Origin: Kiritimatiellia bacterium
GTDB lineage: Bacteria; Verrucomicrobiota; Kiritimatiellia; RFP12; UBA1067
Direction: 5' to 3'
Assembly (NCBI GenBank): GCA_017463935.1
Contig: JAFUEM010000028.1
Coordinates: forward strand, 751-64,750
DNA length: 64,000 nucleotides
Below are positions 8,331 to 16,920 of the stretch, in pieces (the stretch's first letter is position 1; each line of letters starts with the position of its first letter). The translations under genes were made by a program, and so were the position numbers. Under the pieces are notes generated by a model that worked only from the letters and a program-made list of their open reading frames with translations, was not told where the DNA came from and did no database searches.

Positions 8331-8948
8331 ATGGTCGCAAGAGTTGTCGTGCGCGACGTCTTCGAGACGAACGCATATTTCGCCATTGACGAGGCCACCG
8401 GGAGCGGTTTCCTGATTGATCCGGGTGCAGAGGCTGCTCGGCTCTACGGCATCGTGCGCGACAGAGGCTGGTGCATCGAGAGGATTCTTCTCACGCACGG
8501 GCATTTCGACCATACGGCGGCGGCGGAACCATTGAGCCGTGCATTGAACGCGCCTATATCCATGCACCGCCTTGGCGCGCCGTTTCTTGCGGACGCCGAG
8601 CTGAACCTCAGTGCGCGCTGCGGCCGGCATGTCACCATCGGCGCGAGTGTCGACTGGCTTGATGACGGTGATGAAGTGCGCCTCGCTGCCAATCCAGCAT
8701 TTTCAATCCGCGTCCTGTACACACCAGGACACACGCCGGACTCAGCCACATATTATCTGCCTTCCGAGAGCTGCGCCTTTGTGGGCGATTCAATCATCGG
8801 CGGGGGCATCGGCCTTACGAAATTTCCGGGCGGAGACCAGCCGACGCTCATTCGATCCCTTGAAACGCGCATCCTCACGCTTCCAGCGGATACAACGCTT
8901 CTTTCCGGTCACTCAGCTCCATTGACCCTCAGAGAATTTCTGACGTGA
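8331..8948 (+). CDS. MBL-fold metallo-hydrolase (glyoxalase II-like)
   Basis: HxHxDH motif LTHGHFDHTAAA; 205 aa. Confidence 0.8.
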   Translation: MVARVVVRDVFETNAYFAIDEATGSGFLIDPGAEAARLYGIVRDRGWCIERILLTHGHFDHTAAAEPLSRALNAPISMHRLGAPFLADAELNLSARCGRHVTIGASVDWLDDGDEVRLAANPAFSIRVLYTPGHTPDSATYYLPSESCAFVGDSIIGGGIGLTKFPGGDQPTLIRSLETRILTLPADTTLLSGHSAPLTLREFLT

Positions 8949-9015
8949 TCCTAATCCAAAATCGTAGGTGAGCAACGAACTTCTTGTTTCTGTTAGTCTC
9001 AAAGAACCCCCAAAG

Positions 9016-9705
9016 TCACAAAGAGGCGGCGAACTTGTAGCCCAGCGAGCGGACGGACACGAGGCGATGGCCTTCAGGACCCAGCTTCTTGCGCAATACG
9101 AGGATGTGCTGGTCGAGTGTCCGGGTCGTCCCATAGTAGGTGAGTCCCCAGCAGGAGTTGAGAAGTTCGTCTCTTGAAATCACTTCGTCGGGACGCGCCG
9201 CGAAAAGGAGCAGCAGACGCAGTTCACGGGCCGTCAGCGCGACGGATTTTCCGTCCGGGCGGACAAGCGACGCCTTGCGCGGGTCTATATGCACAGTTCC
9301 AAGCGGAATTGTCTCGGGAGTGCGCGAATCCACCCTGCGCAAAACAGCGGCAACGCGGGCGAGAAGCTCGCGGACGCCGAACGGCTTGACGATGTAGTCG
9401 TCGGCGCCGAGTCCGAGTCCCTTGACCTTGTCATCCTCGCTCGACCGCGCCGTGAGGAAGATAATCGGCACCCTCGCGTCGACGGCCCTGATTCGCGCAC
9501 AGACCTCAAAGCCGTCCGCCGCGGGCATCATCACGTCGAGGAGCATCAGGTCGGGCCGCTTCTCGCCGAACGCGCGGAGCGCCGACGCTCCATCAGGCGT
9601 CTCGCGCACGGAGTAACCCTCGCTCGCGAGCGCCGCCTTCACGGCACGGCGTATTACGGGGTCATCTTCGGCGACAAGGACTTCAAGACCGCGCGACATG
9701 ATCAA
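9016..9705 (-). CDS. OmpR-family response regulator
   Basis: Receiver domain (VLVAEDDPVIRR...LLDVMMP) plus winged-helix output; 229 aa. Confidence 0.85.
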   Translation of the reverse strand: MIMSRGLEVLVAEDDPVIRRAVKAALASEGYSVRETPDGASALRAFGEKRPDLMLLDVMMPAADGFEVCARIRAVDARVPIIFLTARSSEDDKVKGLGLGADDYIVKPFGVRELLARVAAVLRRVDSRTPETIPLGTVHIDPRKASLVRPDGKSVALTARELRLLLLFAARPDEVISRDELLNSCWGLTYYGTTRTLDQHILVLRKKLGPEGHRLVSVRSLGYKFAASL

Positions 9706-10183
9706 GAAGCTTCTCCACGAGGTCCGTCAACTGGGTGGCATTCTCCGCGATAGACGCAATGGCGTCGCGTCTGTCGGACTCCTCCGGCAGTCTGTTCTCC
9801 TTCAGGAGGTCGGCATTCAGGCAGAGTCCCGTGAGCGGCGTGCGCAGCTTGTGCGAGATGTCCGCCACAAACGCCCGGTGCGCCGCCGACTGCCGCCGCG
9901 TGCGGCAGGCATCGACGGCGAAGAGTCCCGCCATTCCGCCCAGAATGATGATGAGCAGCAACAGAATCGCCGCCCCCGCCTCGGTCGCCATGCGCTCGGC
10001 GCGCGCGGAGACCTCCGCATTCGCGCGGCCGTGCTTCTCCCGGCACCCACATGTGCATTCTGGCTGGTTGGCGACCGCCGAACAGATGCCGGAACGGTCG
10101 TACATGACGAGGCGAACGCCCGCCAGCGCGATGAGAAGCGCCGGCAGGCCAATCAGCGTGATGATTGCAATGGTTCGCTTCAT
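9683..10183 (-). pseudogene. truncated sensor histidine kinase: two TM segments, Cys-rich periplasmic loop, HisKA H-box; no HATPase_c domain
   Basis: 166 aa; SHKLRTPLTGL H-box present; ORF stops directly after HisKA (…LLDHVARS*) and overlaps the response regulator start by 17-23 nt. Confidence 0.55.
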
Positions 10184-10192
10184 TGGGCGATT

Positions 10193-10438
10193 TTATTTCT
10201 TGCAGTTGCAGCCGGTCTTGCCGCAGGCACACTTCGCGTGGTCCGTGCAGCAGGTGCAGGGCTTGCCCTTGTCGCACGCGCAGGCCTTCTCCTTCGCGCA
10301 ATTGCAGGCATTGCCACAGACGCACGGCTTGCCGTCCGTGCAGGCGCACGCGCTCTTTCCATTGCACGTGCAGCATCCCGTGAAGGCCATCGCCACCAAC
10401 GCCACGACGCCCGCCATTGTCATCAATTTGCTTTTCAT
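10193..10438 (-). CDS. cysteine-rich (metallothionein-like) putative lipoprotein
   Basis: 81 aa; signal peptide MKSKLMTMAGVVALVAMAFTGC then roughly 22 Cys in CxC/CxxC arrays (CACTDGKPCVCGNACNCAKEKACACDKGKPCTCC). Confidence 0.6.
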   Translation of the reverse strand: MKSKLMTMAGVVALVAMAFTGCCTCNGKSACACTDGKPCVCGNACNCAKEKACACDKGKPCTCCTDHAKCACGKTGCNCKK

Positions 10439-10568
10439 CTCTTTGTTCCTTTCGTATTGTTGCGCCTCAAAACACCATGTCTTAAAGCGGCACGTATTAT
10501 ATCAGTTCCTCGAAGCGGAAATGTCATACGAATGTCAAACTTCCGGTGAAATCTCCACGCGCTTTCAA

Positions 10569-10916
10569 TTACCATTCAACAGGCTCGTAGTCAATCTTCG
10601 ATTCCTCGTCGGTCGCTTCGAGCTTCATGATGACGGGGCGGAGTCCATCGTTGCAGCTCACGATTGCGACGCCCGGCTTTTTGATCCAGTCGCCGTAGTA
10701 GAAGAGCGACTTGTCGGCGCCGTGCGCCAGCGCAAACACATACTGGTAGATTGCTTTCCACGCCTCGTCGCAGAATCCCCGCGGCTTCGCGTAGTCGGCG
10801 TAGAAAACGTCCCCCGCTTTCATCATCGGACAGGCGGTCAACCCGTCGATGCCGTATTCGGCGGCAAGCTCCTTGTCGAGCGTCGTCTTGAGTATCGTTA
10901 TTTTTACCTTCTTCAT
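10569..10916 (-). CDS. small conserved Cys-containing protein (TIGR04076-like), copy 1
   Basis: About 92% nt identity to 47039..47386; second paralog at 47398..47731. Confidence 0.55.
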   Translation of the reverse strand: MKKVKITILKTTLDKELAAEYGIDGLTACPMMKAGDVFYADYAKPRGFCDEAWKAIYQYVFALAHGADKSLFYYGDWIKKPGVAIVSCNDGLRPVIMKLEATDEESKIDYEPVEW

Positions 10917-11014
10917 GTTTATCACCTTCAGTTCCTGCCGAGTAACGGAGCAGCCTCTTCATTGGTAGCCGTAATCCGTTGTGTCGGTCTGAACATATCG
11001 TTTCTCTTTCAATT

Positions 11015-11332
11015 TTATTTCGCGACGAGCTTCAGGCCGACGATCCCTGCGACGATGAGCGCGGCGGACGCGATTCGCAACGCCGAGGCGGACTCGCCGA
11101 ACAGGGCGATGCCCGCGACGAAACCCCCGACTGCGCCCACGCCCGTCCATACGGCGTATGCCGTTCCCATCGGGATCAATTTCATGGCCACGGCAAGCAG
11201 CCAGACGCTGGCGGCCATCCCGCCCACAAACACCGCGTCTGCCGTGATGTTCTTGAATCCGTTTGACATCTTGAGCGCAACCGCCCAGACGACCTCAAAC
11301 AAGCCCGCGACGATCAGTATAAGCCAGTTCAT
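11015..11332 (-). CDS. sugE: SMR-family small multidrug / quaternary ammonium efflux protein (SugE/EmrE-like)
   Basis: 105 aa, four TM segments; conserved Glu in TM1 (FEVVWA); paralog at 34579..34896. Confidence 0.85.
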   Translation of the reverse strand: MNWLILIVAGLFEVVWAVALKMSNGFKNITADAVFVGGMAASVWLLAVAMKLIPMGTAYAVWTGVGAVGGFVAGIALFGESASALRIASAALIVAGIVGLKLVAK

Positions 11333-11456
11333 TCAACATTCCCTTTTAGTTTCCAGCAGAGCCAGGCGGCGAGCGTCTTTGAGTCGAGAAGATCGACGCT
11401 GATGATCTTCCCCGTGTACTTGCGCTCGGCCGCGAGCGTCTTTTTAGTCAAATCTG

Positions 11457-11915
11457 TCATTTGCTCGCTCCTATTCCGCGAAGTATTCCTCTGGTGCCAA
11501 CCGCATTTTTATCCTTCTGGTTTAACACATCCTGGAAATTTCGCTCCGCCGCCGCCTGGACGGCGTTGCGGACGCAGTTCTCGCAGCTGCACAGAACCTT
11601 TCCTGTGTCGATGCCTTTGAGGTCGCGGCAGATGGTCGCACCGCCGCACAGTTCCCTGAAGCGCGGCATGATCGCGCGGGATGCGGCCATCGCCGCACCT
11701 TTCTCAGACAGAAGCGACGAAACCATGATCGCGCCCACGAGCGCGCCGCACGTTCCCTCCATCGTTCCCATGCCCGAACCGAAGCCGGAGCCGAGCCGTA
11801 GCAGTTCATCCTCGCTTCTGCCGAGTTGGTCTGCAAAAGCGACAAGCACCGCCTGACAGCAGTTCATTTCTTTCTTGCGCAGCGCGGCGTAGTCCATGCG
11901 TTCATTGAGGGGCAT
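11457..11915 (-). CDS. C_GCAxxG_C_C family protein
   Basis: CCQAVLVAF...CGALVGA...CSCENC cysteine pattern; 152 aa. Confidence 0.7.
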   Translation of the reverse strand: MPLNERMDYAALRKKEMNCCQAVLVAFADQLGRSEDELLRLGSGFGSGMGTMEGTCGALVGAIMVSSLLSEKGAAMAASRAIMPRFRELCGGATICRDLKGIDTGKVLCSCENCVRNAVQAAAERNFQDVLNQKDKNAVGTRGILRGIGASK

Positions 11916-11941
11916 GGCGAAATCTCCTCTCCATCGTCCAA

Positions 11942-12253
11942 TCAGTCGTTGGGGTCGTCTACGTAGTCTACCTCGGAATATCCGGCGAGGAGGGTAATCT
12001 GGTGCGGGACGTTCGCAGGCAGCCGGTATGTATCGCCCTTACGGTATGTTTTCGTCTCTCCGTTCATCGTGACGCGGCATTCCCCGCTCACGACGACCGT
12101 CCACTGCTCCGCATGTGCGTGTTCCGGAAACGGCACTTCTTTTTCGGCGGAGACGAAATATACTGTTCCGGTCGAAGTGTGATCGACATGGACGCTCAGC
12201 CCGTCTATGCCGTAGTCGCGAACCGGCACTTTTTCTATGATGTCTGGAAACAT
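11942..12253 (-). CDS. cupin domain protein
   Basis: MFPDIIEKV... 103 aa with HAHAEQW cupin motif; alternative start at 12304 has a GAGGA SD but overlaps the upstream gene by 25 nt. Confidence 0.65.
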   Translation of the reverse strand: MFPDIIEKVPVRDYGIDGLSVHVDHTSTGTVYFVSAEKEVPFPEHAHAEQWTVVVSGECRVTMNGETKTYRKGDTYRLPANVPHQITLLAGYSEVDYVDDPND

Positions 12254-12279
12254 TGCAGATTGCGTTTCTTTGGTTTCGA

Positions 12280-12657
12280 TCAACCGTGGTGGTGGCTTCC
12301 GCATGTGTGTCTTTCCTCGTGGTGATGGTGGTTGCACTTGAAGTCGGCGCGGGGCGCGAGAGTTCCGGCGAGATAGGACTCGACCGCCGCTTTCGCGTCG
12401 CCTGAAACGCCGCCGACTACTTCGACGCCGGCCTCGGCAAGTGCCGCCATCGCGCCGCCGCCGATCCCTCCGCAAATGAGAAGGTCAATCTTGTTCTCAT
12501 CGAGCAGCCCGGCAAGCGCGCCATGCCCGATGCCGCCCGAAGAGACAATCTCGGACGCGACGACCTTGCCGTCCGCAACTTCGCACACCAGGAACTCCGG
12601 CGTGTGGCCGAAGTGCTGGAACACCTCTCCGTTTTCAGAACATACTGCTATTCTCAT
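12280..12657 (-). CDS. NifB/NifX-type dinitrogenase FeMo-cofactor-binding domain protein with His-rich tail
   Basis: MRIAVCSENGEVFQHFGHTPEF... ; C-terminal CNHHHHEERHTCGSHHHG. Confidence 0.7.
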   Translation of the reverse strand: MRIAVCSENGEVFQHFGHTPEFLVCEVADGKVVASEIVSSGGIGHGALAGLLDENKIDLLICGGIGGGAMAALAEAGVEVVGGVSGDAKAAVESYLAGTLAPRADFKCNHHHHEERHTCGSHHHG

Positions 12658-12675
12658 TTGATTTCCTTTCTTTTG

Positions 12676-13032
12676 TCAGTGCCTTGCAATCCAGTACCCA
12701 AGCGCTACGGCCGCGATGCCGATCGCGACGCTCCCGATGGCGTATGCCGCAAAGGCGCACCAACGTCCCGCCTCCGCAAGGGCGAGGGATTCCTTCGAGA
12801 ATGTGGAGAACGTCGTGAAACCGCCGCACAATCCGACAATCAGAGAGAGCCGCAATGCTTCGCCCCAGCCCAAACGCGACGCCCAGCCGCCCAAAAGCCC
12901 GATTGCAAAACTGCCGACGGCGTTCACGGTGAACGTTGCCCATGGGAATGCCGCCGAGCCGATCCACAGCCCCACGAGATATCGCAGGACGCTACCGACC
13001 CCACCGCCGAGAAAGACAAACAGCGCATTCAT
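12676..13032 (-). CDS. crcB: fluoride ion channel CrcB/Fluc
   Basis: ORF 12676..13047; likely start MNALFVF; CrcB signature GGFTTFSTF. Confidence 0.85.
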   Translation of the reverse strand: MNALFVFLGGGVGSVLRYLVGLWIGSAAFPWATFTVNAVGSFAIGLLGGWASRLGWGEALRLSLIVGLCGGFTTFSTFSKESLALAEAGRWCAFAAYAIGSVAIGIAAVALGYWIARH

Positions 13033-13733
13033 CCCTCCAGCCTCCATCCGAAGTCGTTGTGGTAGATCATGTTGCGGGTCATGCCCCCGTCGATGCAGAT
13101 GTTCTCGCCGGTGATGAACCCCGCTTTGTCAGAGGCGAGGTAGAGAACCATGTTCGCGATGTCCATAGGGTTTCCGACTCGCCCCGCGAAATGCTGCGAG
13201 GCGTCAGGTCCGTCGTAAGTCGCGCCAGTCGTGTCTATCCAGCCGGGCGAAATCGAATTGACGCGGACGCGACCGGCGAGGCTGGCGGCGAGCGCGTGCG
13301 TGAGCGCGGCGATTCCGCCCTTTGCGGCGGTGTAGCTCTCGCTCTGCGGCTGGCTCATCCTGTCGCGCGAGGATGAGATGTTGACGATGGACGCACCATC
13401 GGAGAAGTTGTCCTTGAAGAGTTTAGCAAGGTAGAACGGCGCGACCACGCCGACGGCCTGCGCGTAGGCGAACTCCTCGTAGGTGCATTCGTCGACGCCC
13501 TTGAAGAGAGGCATGGCATTGTTGACGAGAACATCAACCGTGCCGCTTTTCGAAATGACGTCCGAGGCAAATCGCTCAAGCGTCGCCTTGTTCGCCAGAT
13601 CGCCCACGAACCAAGACCCCTGCTGCTTGTCGATGATGTGGACGGACGCGCCCTCTCGCTCGAAGCACTCGGCGATGCACTTACCGATGCCCTGCGCCCC
13701 GCCCGTCACGACAACAACTTTGTCTTTGAACAT
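13029..13733 (-). CDS. SDR-family short-chain oxidoreductase
   Basis: TGGAQGIG cofactor motif, NNAM, YTAAK catalytic motif. Confidence 0.85.
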   Translation of the reverse strand: MFKDKVVVVTGGAQGIGKCIAECFEREGASVHIIDKQQGSWFVGDLANKATLERFASDVISKSGTVDVLVNNAMPLFKGVDECTYEEFAYAQAVGVVAPFYLAKLFKDNFSDGASIVNISSSRDRMSQPQSESYTAAKGGIAALTHALAASLAGRVRVNSISPGWIDTTGATYDGPDASQHFAGRVGNPMDIANMVLYLASDKAGFITGENICIDGGMTRNMIYHNDFGWRLEG

Positions 13734-13734
13734 C

Positions 13735-13806
13735 ATTCTGGATCCTCCACGCATTCAAAGCGCCTCATCGTCTTACCATCCTGTTCAATGATCTCGAAGA
13801 GCATTC
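13735..13806 (-). pseudogene. DUF1653 C-terminal remnant
   Basis: …MLFEIIEQDGKTMRRFECVEDPE* matches the C-terminus of the intact DUF1653 genes at 52771..52992 and 54036..54269. Confidence 0.4.
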
Positions 13807-13832
13807 TTGCCGCCGCCCGCCTTGCCGAAAGT

Positions 13833-14189
13833 CTATTCTTCGTCGCAGGGCACGGGGAGCCCCATGCGCCTGAACCAAGACTCGCCCCACCTGTCCATCG
13901 CCTTGACGATCGGCACGAGGGATTTCCCGAGGTCGGTGAGCGAATACTCCGTCTTGGGCGGCACCACGGGATAGACCTTGCGCGCGACAAGCTCGTCGTC
14001 CTCCATCTCGCGGAGCTGCTGGACGAGCATCTTCGCCGTCGCTTGCGGAATCGCCCGCTGCAGTTCGCTGAAGCGCATCGTCGTGCGGTGGTCGAGCCAC
14101 CACACGATGATCGCCTTGTACTTGCCGCCGACGAGCGCCAGCGCCGCCTCCACGGTGCAATGCAGTTTTCGTGCCTGTTCCTTTGTCAT
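13833..14189 (-). CDS. HxlR family transcriptional regulator (paralog)
   Basis: ORF 13833..14282; MTKEQARKLHCTVEAALALVGGKYKAIIVWWL; divergent from the flavin reductase gene. Confidence 0.8.
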   Translation of the reverse strand: MTKEQARKLHCTVEAALALVGGKYKAIIVWWLDHRTTMRFSELQRAIPQATAKMLVQQLREMEDDELVARKVYPVVPPKTEYSLTDLGKSLVPIVKAMDRWGESWFRRMGLPVPCDEE

Positions 14190-14348
14190 ATCATCACCCT
14201 TCCCGAAAAGTAAGTAGTGCACAAAATAGTGCCTACTTCCCTTGCGGGCATATATTATAGTATAATTCACTTCATTCCGCAAGGGCAGGGAGCAGGGAGA
14301 GTCTTCCTGTGCGAGACGGATGGTTAAAACACGAAAGGATATCGAAAA

Positions 14349-14927
14349 ATGGCAAAGAAAAATCTAGGTGTCGTCCCAGCAGTCTATCCCATGCCGGTAC
14401 TCATCGTCGCCGCGTACGACAAGGACGGCAAGGTAAACGCGATGAACGCCGCATGGGGCATGATCTGCGACATGGACAAGATCGCGCTCTTCATCAGCGA
14501 GGGTCACAAGACGACGAAGAACATCCTCAAATCAAAGGCGTTCACCGTCGCCCTCGCGGACAAGGCGCACATGGATGTCGCGGACTACTTCGGTATCGCG
14601 TCGGGCAACAACACGCCCGACAAGTTCGCGCGCACAGGCTACACGGCCACGAAGTCGCAGCACGTCAACGCGCCGGTGATCGACGAGTTCCCCGTCACGA
14701 TGGAATGCGAACTTGCGGAGGTCGTATCGACCGAGACGATGTACTGCGTCGTCGGGAAGATCGCCAATGTCGTCGCGGACGAAGCCGTGCTGTCCGACAA
14801 CGGAAAGGTCGATCCGGCGAAGCTCAACGCACTCATCTTCGACCAGTTCCAGAGCGGCTACTATGTCACCGGCGAAAAGGTCGGCCAGGCCTGGAACGCC
14901 GGCAAGCCGCTCATACAGAAGAAGTAA
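14349..14927 (+). CDS. flavin reductase-like FMN-binding domain protein
   Basis: 192 aa; paralogs at 48544..49125 and 49595..50155. Confidence 0.8.
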   Translation: MAKKNLGVVPAVYPMPVLIVAAYDKDGKVNAMNAAWGMICDMDKIALFISEGHKTTKNILKSKAFTVALADKAHMDVADYFGIASGNNTPDKFARTGYTATKSQHVNAPVIDEFPVTMECELAEVVSTETMYCVVGKIANVVADEAVLSDNGKVDPAKLNALIFDQFQSGYYVTGEKVGQAWNAGKPLIQKK

Positions 14928-15060
14928 AACCCGATTTCGAGCAAAGCGCACTTCGCGCACAAAGCCCGCCACGCCGCCGCGTGCCGGGCTTTTCTTTCCA
15001 TCAGGCATTCAGACCGGCTTCCTGCACCTTGCACCTACCATTGAACACGATGTCTTGAAC

Positions 15061-15200
15061 GCGTTCATCGTAGTTCGCCAGTTGGCTAGACACGTCTCGA
15101 AGTTTCTGTTCGCGAAAGAAACTTTGCAACGCCAGCTACGGCTAGAGTTTGCCCATTTTTTAGCACGGCTCGATTGGCGGGCGAAAAAATGGGCAAACTC
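15061..15200. promoter_or_regulatory. palindrome-dense region upstream of the sigma-54 activator gene
   Basis: 17 bp perfect inverted repeat GAGTTTGCCCATTTTTT / AAAAAATGGGCAAACTC (15145..15161 and 15184..15200, 22 nt spacer); AAGTTTCT...AGAAACTT dyad; direct repeat GCCAGTTGGCTAG / GCCAGCTACGGCTAG. Confidence 0.4.
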
Positions 15201-15236
15201 CAGAATGGCTATTATCTGCCCATAGGTGGCTAATTT

Positions 15237-16796
15237 ATGATATACTATTGGGCGTATGAAAAAGAAGACAAGCACATGGACAATCTCATCCTAACCGGCT
15301 GGGGCTGGAAGGAGTATGCCGTCTCGGCTGCCGTGACGCTGCGGGCGTTGAACGGGCAGGCGGATGTGATGGGCATGAGCAAGCGGAGGCTCCCGGAGTT
15401 CCTTGAGCTCGAAGGACGCGGCTGGAAGCACATCTACCTCATCGGCCTGTCGCTCGGCGGAGACGAGGAGCGACTTGCGGTGGCGTTGAAGTCCCTGCGC
15501 GGAACCAAGGTGACGTGGGTGAGCGCGCTCCCGATGAGCGATGAACAGGAACGTCTGATCGCGCCGCTCCTCGATGTCCGCAAGGTGGACGGCGAACTGT
15601 TCAACGGTTCTCTCGTGAAGGCGGTCGGCCATGTGTTTGATGTCGATGTTGCCGATGTCCTACCGTATGCAGTTGAGGGCGGCAAGGTTCCGAAGTCGGT
15701 GCCGCAGTACCATGAGCTGATCTGCGCCGCCATGTACGCCTATCGAAACTACCGCGACGAGGAGCCGTATGCGCAGGCGATTCGGTATCTTGCGAACGGC
15801 GTCCGAGAGGAAGCGTGGAGCGACAAGGCGCGAAAGCTTGTCGCACATTACCGGCGGTATGGCAATCGCGAGCTAATCGGGAACAGCCAGCAGATGAAGA
15901 ATCTGCGCGAACGCATCAACTTCGTGGCGGCGAATCCGGATGCCCGCGTCCTCATCCTTGGAGAAAGCGGAACGGGCAAGGAGACGGTCGCCTTGCAGAT
16001 TCACAACCGTTCTTCCCGCCGGACAGATCCGTTCTACGCATTTAATTGCGCGAGCGTCGCGCCGCAACTCCTGGAGAGCTGCTTCTTCGGACACGAGAAA
16101 GGATCGTTCACGGGCGCGGACAGGCAGAAGATCGGGCTTTTCGAGCTGGCGAACGGCGGTACGCTCTTTCTCGATGAGATCGGCGAACTGCCGCTGGAGG
16201 CGCAGGGTGTCCTCCTTCGCGTCCTGGAAGAGGGGCGTTTCATGCGTGTTGGCGGTACGGAGGAGATCGAGACGGACGTGCGGCTCATCACGGCGACGAA
16301 CAGAAACCTTCCCTCGCTCGTCCGCGAAGGAAAGTTCCGCGAAGACCTCTTCATGCGGCTCAACGTCGTGCCGCTCCGCATCCCGCCGCTCCGCGAGCGC
16401 CCGGAGGACATCGGCGCAATCGCCGATAACTGGTGGTTCAATCACTTCCGCAAGCACCTTTCAGGCGAGCAGAAGACGGCTCTTGCAGCATACTCCTATC
16501 CCGGCAATGTGCGCGAACTCCTGAATATCCTTGAACGCGCCATCGTGTTCAAGGAGGATGACTTCGCAAAGCTCATCGCCGAGCATCAGGAGTTGAGCGG
16601 CGATCTTTCTGTTGGAGGGGCGGACTTCGTGTCGGACAAGGGAAAAGAGGCGCAAGATGCTGCCGACGTACCCGATGACCTCGATGACGCTATCCGGCGG
16701 CACGTCCATCGCGTATTCGAGAAGTACGCCCGCAACGTCTCGAAAGCGGCCACCGCGCTCAACATCACCCGCACGACTCTCCGTAAGTGGCTGTGA
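15237..16796 (+). CDS. sigma-54-dependent transcriptional activator with ~230 aa non-receiver N-terminal domain
   Basis: AAA+ sigma-54 interaction domain (GESGTGKE Walker A, GAFTGA variant GSFTGA, FLDEIGEL Walker B), C-terminal Fis-type HTH; AGGTGG SD 9 nt before ATG 15237. Confidence 0.85.
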   Translation: MIYYWAYEKEDKHMDNLILTGWGWKEYAVSAAVTLRALNGQADVMGMSKRRLPEFLELEGRGWKHIYLIGLSLGGDEERLAVALKSLRGTKVTWVSALPMSDEQERLIAPLLDVRKVDGELFNGSLVKAVGHVFDVDVADVLPYAVEGGKVPKSVPQYHELICAAMYAYRNYRDEEPYAQAIRYLANGVREEAWSDKARKLVAHYRRYGNRELIGNSQQMKNLRERINFVAANPDARVLILGESGTGKETVALQIHNRSSRRTDPFYAFNCASVAPQLLESCFFGHEKGSFTGADRQKIGLFELANGGTLFLDEIGELPLEAQGVLLRVLEEGRFMRVGGTEEIETDVRLITATNRNLPSLVREGKFREDLFMRLNVVPLRIPPLRERPEDIGAIADNWWFNHFRKHLSGEQKTALAAYSYPGNVRELLNILERAIVFKEDDFAKLIAEHQELSGDLSVGGADFVSDKGKEAQDAADVPDDLDDAIRRHVHRVFEKYARNVSKAATALNITRTTLRKWL

Positions 16797-16843
16797 AAAA
16801 ATAGCCGCAACTGATTAGAAAATAGTCACATTATGGCTACGGA

Positions 16844-16871
16844 ACCCCGCTACGGCGGGGGTTTCTGCTTT
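16844..16871 (+). terminator. intrinsic terminator after the sigma-54 activator gene
   Basis: CCCCGC-tacg-GCGGGG hairpin followed by GTTTCTGCTTT. Confidence 0.55.
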
Positions 16872-16886
16872 GGCATGGATATTGCT
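16871..16886 (+). promoter_or_regulatory. sigma-54 (-24/-12) promoter TGGCATGGATATTGCT
   Basis: Matches TGGCAC-N5-TTGCW with GG and GC 10 nt apart; ~35 nt upstream of ATG 16921. Confidence 0.65.
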
Positions 16887-16920
16887 ATATGGTGGGCAAC
16901 CACATGAAAGGCAATATTCC

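Noticed and set aside
9735-11402. Long antisense ORFs in the six-frame track (e.g. 9735..11402 + 555 aa, 28255..29289 -, 28785..30005 -, 30868..31905 -, 32136..33323 -, 41720..42931 +, 59976..61031 -, 61259..62287 -, 61216..62469 +, 209..796 +, 5838..6626 +)
   Set aside because: They overlap well-supported genes on the opposite strand or in another frame, are Arg/Ala/Pro-rich as expected of GC-rich shadow frames, and have no motifs.
13755-13835. Fluoride riboswitch upstream of the SDR-crcB operon
   Set aside because: Region is occupied by a DUF1653 remnant and lacks the conserved crcB-motif elements I recall.
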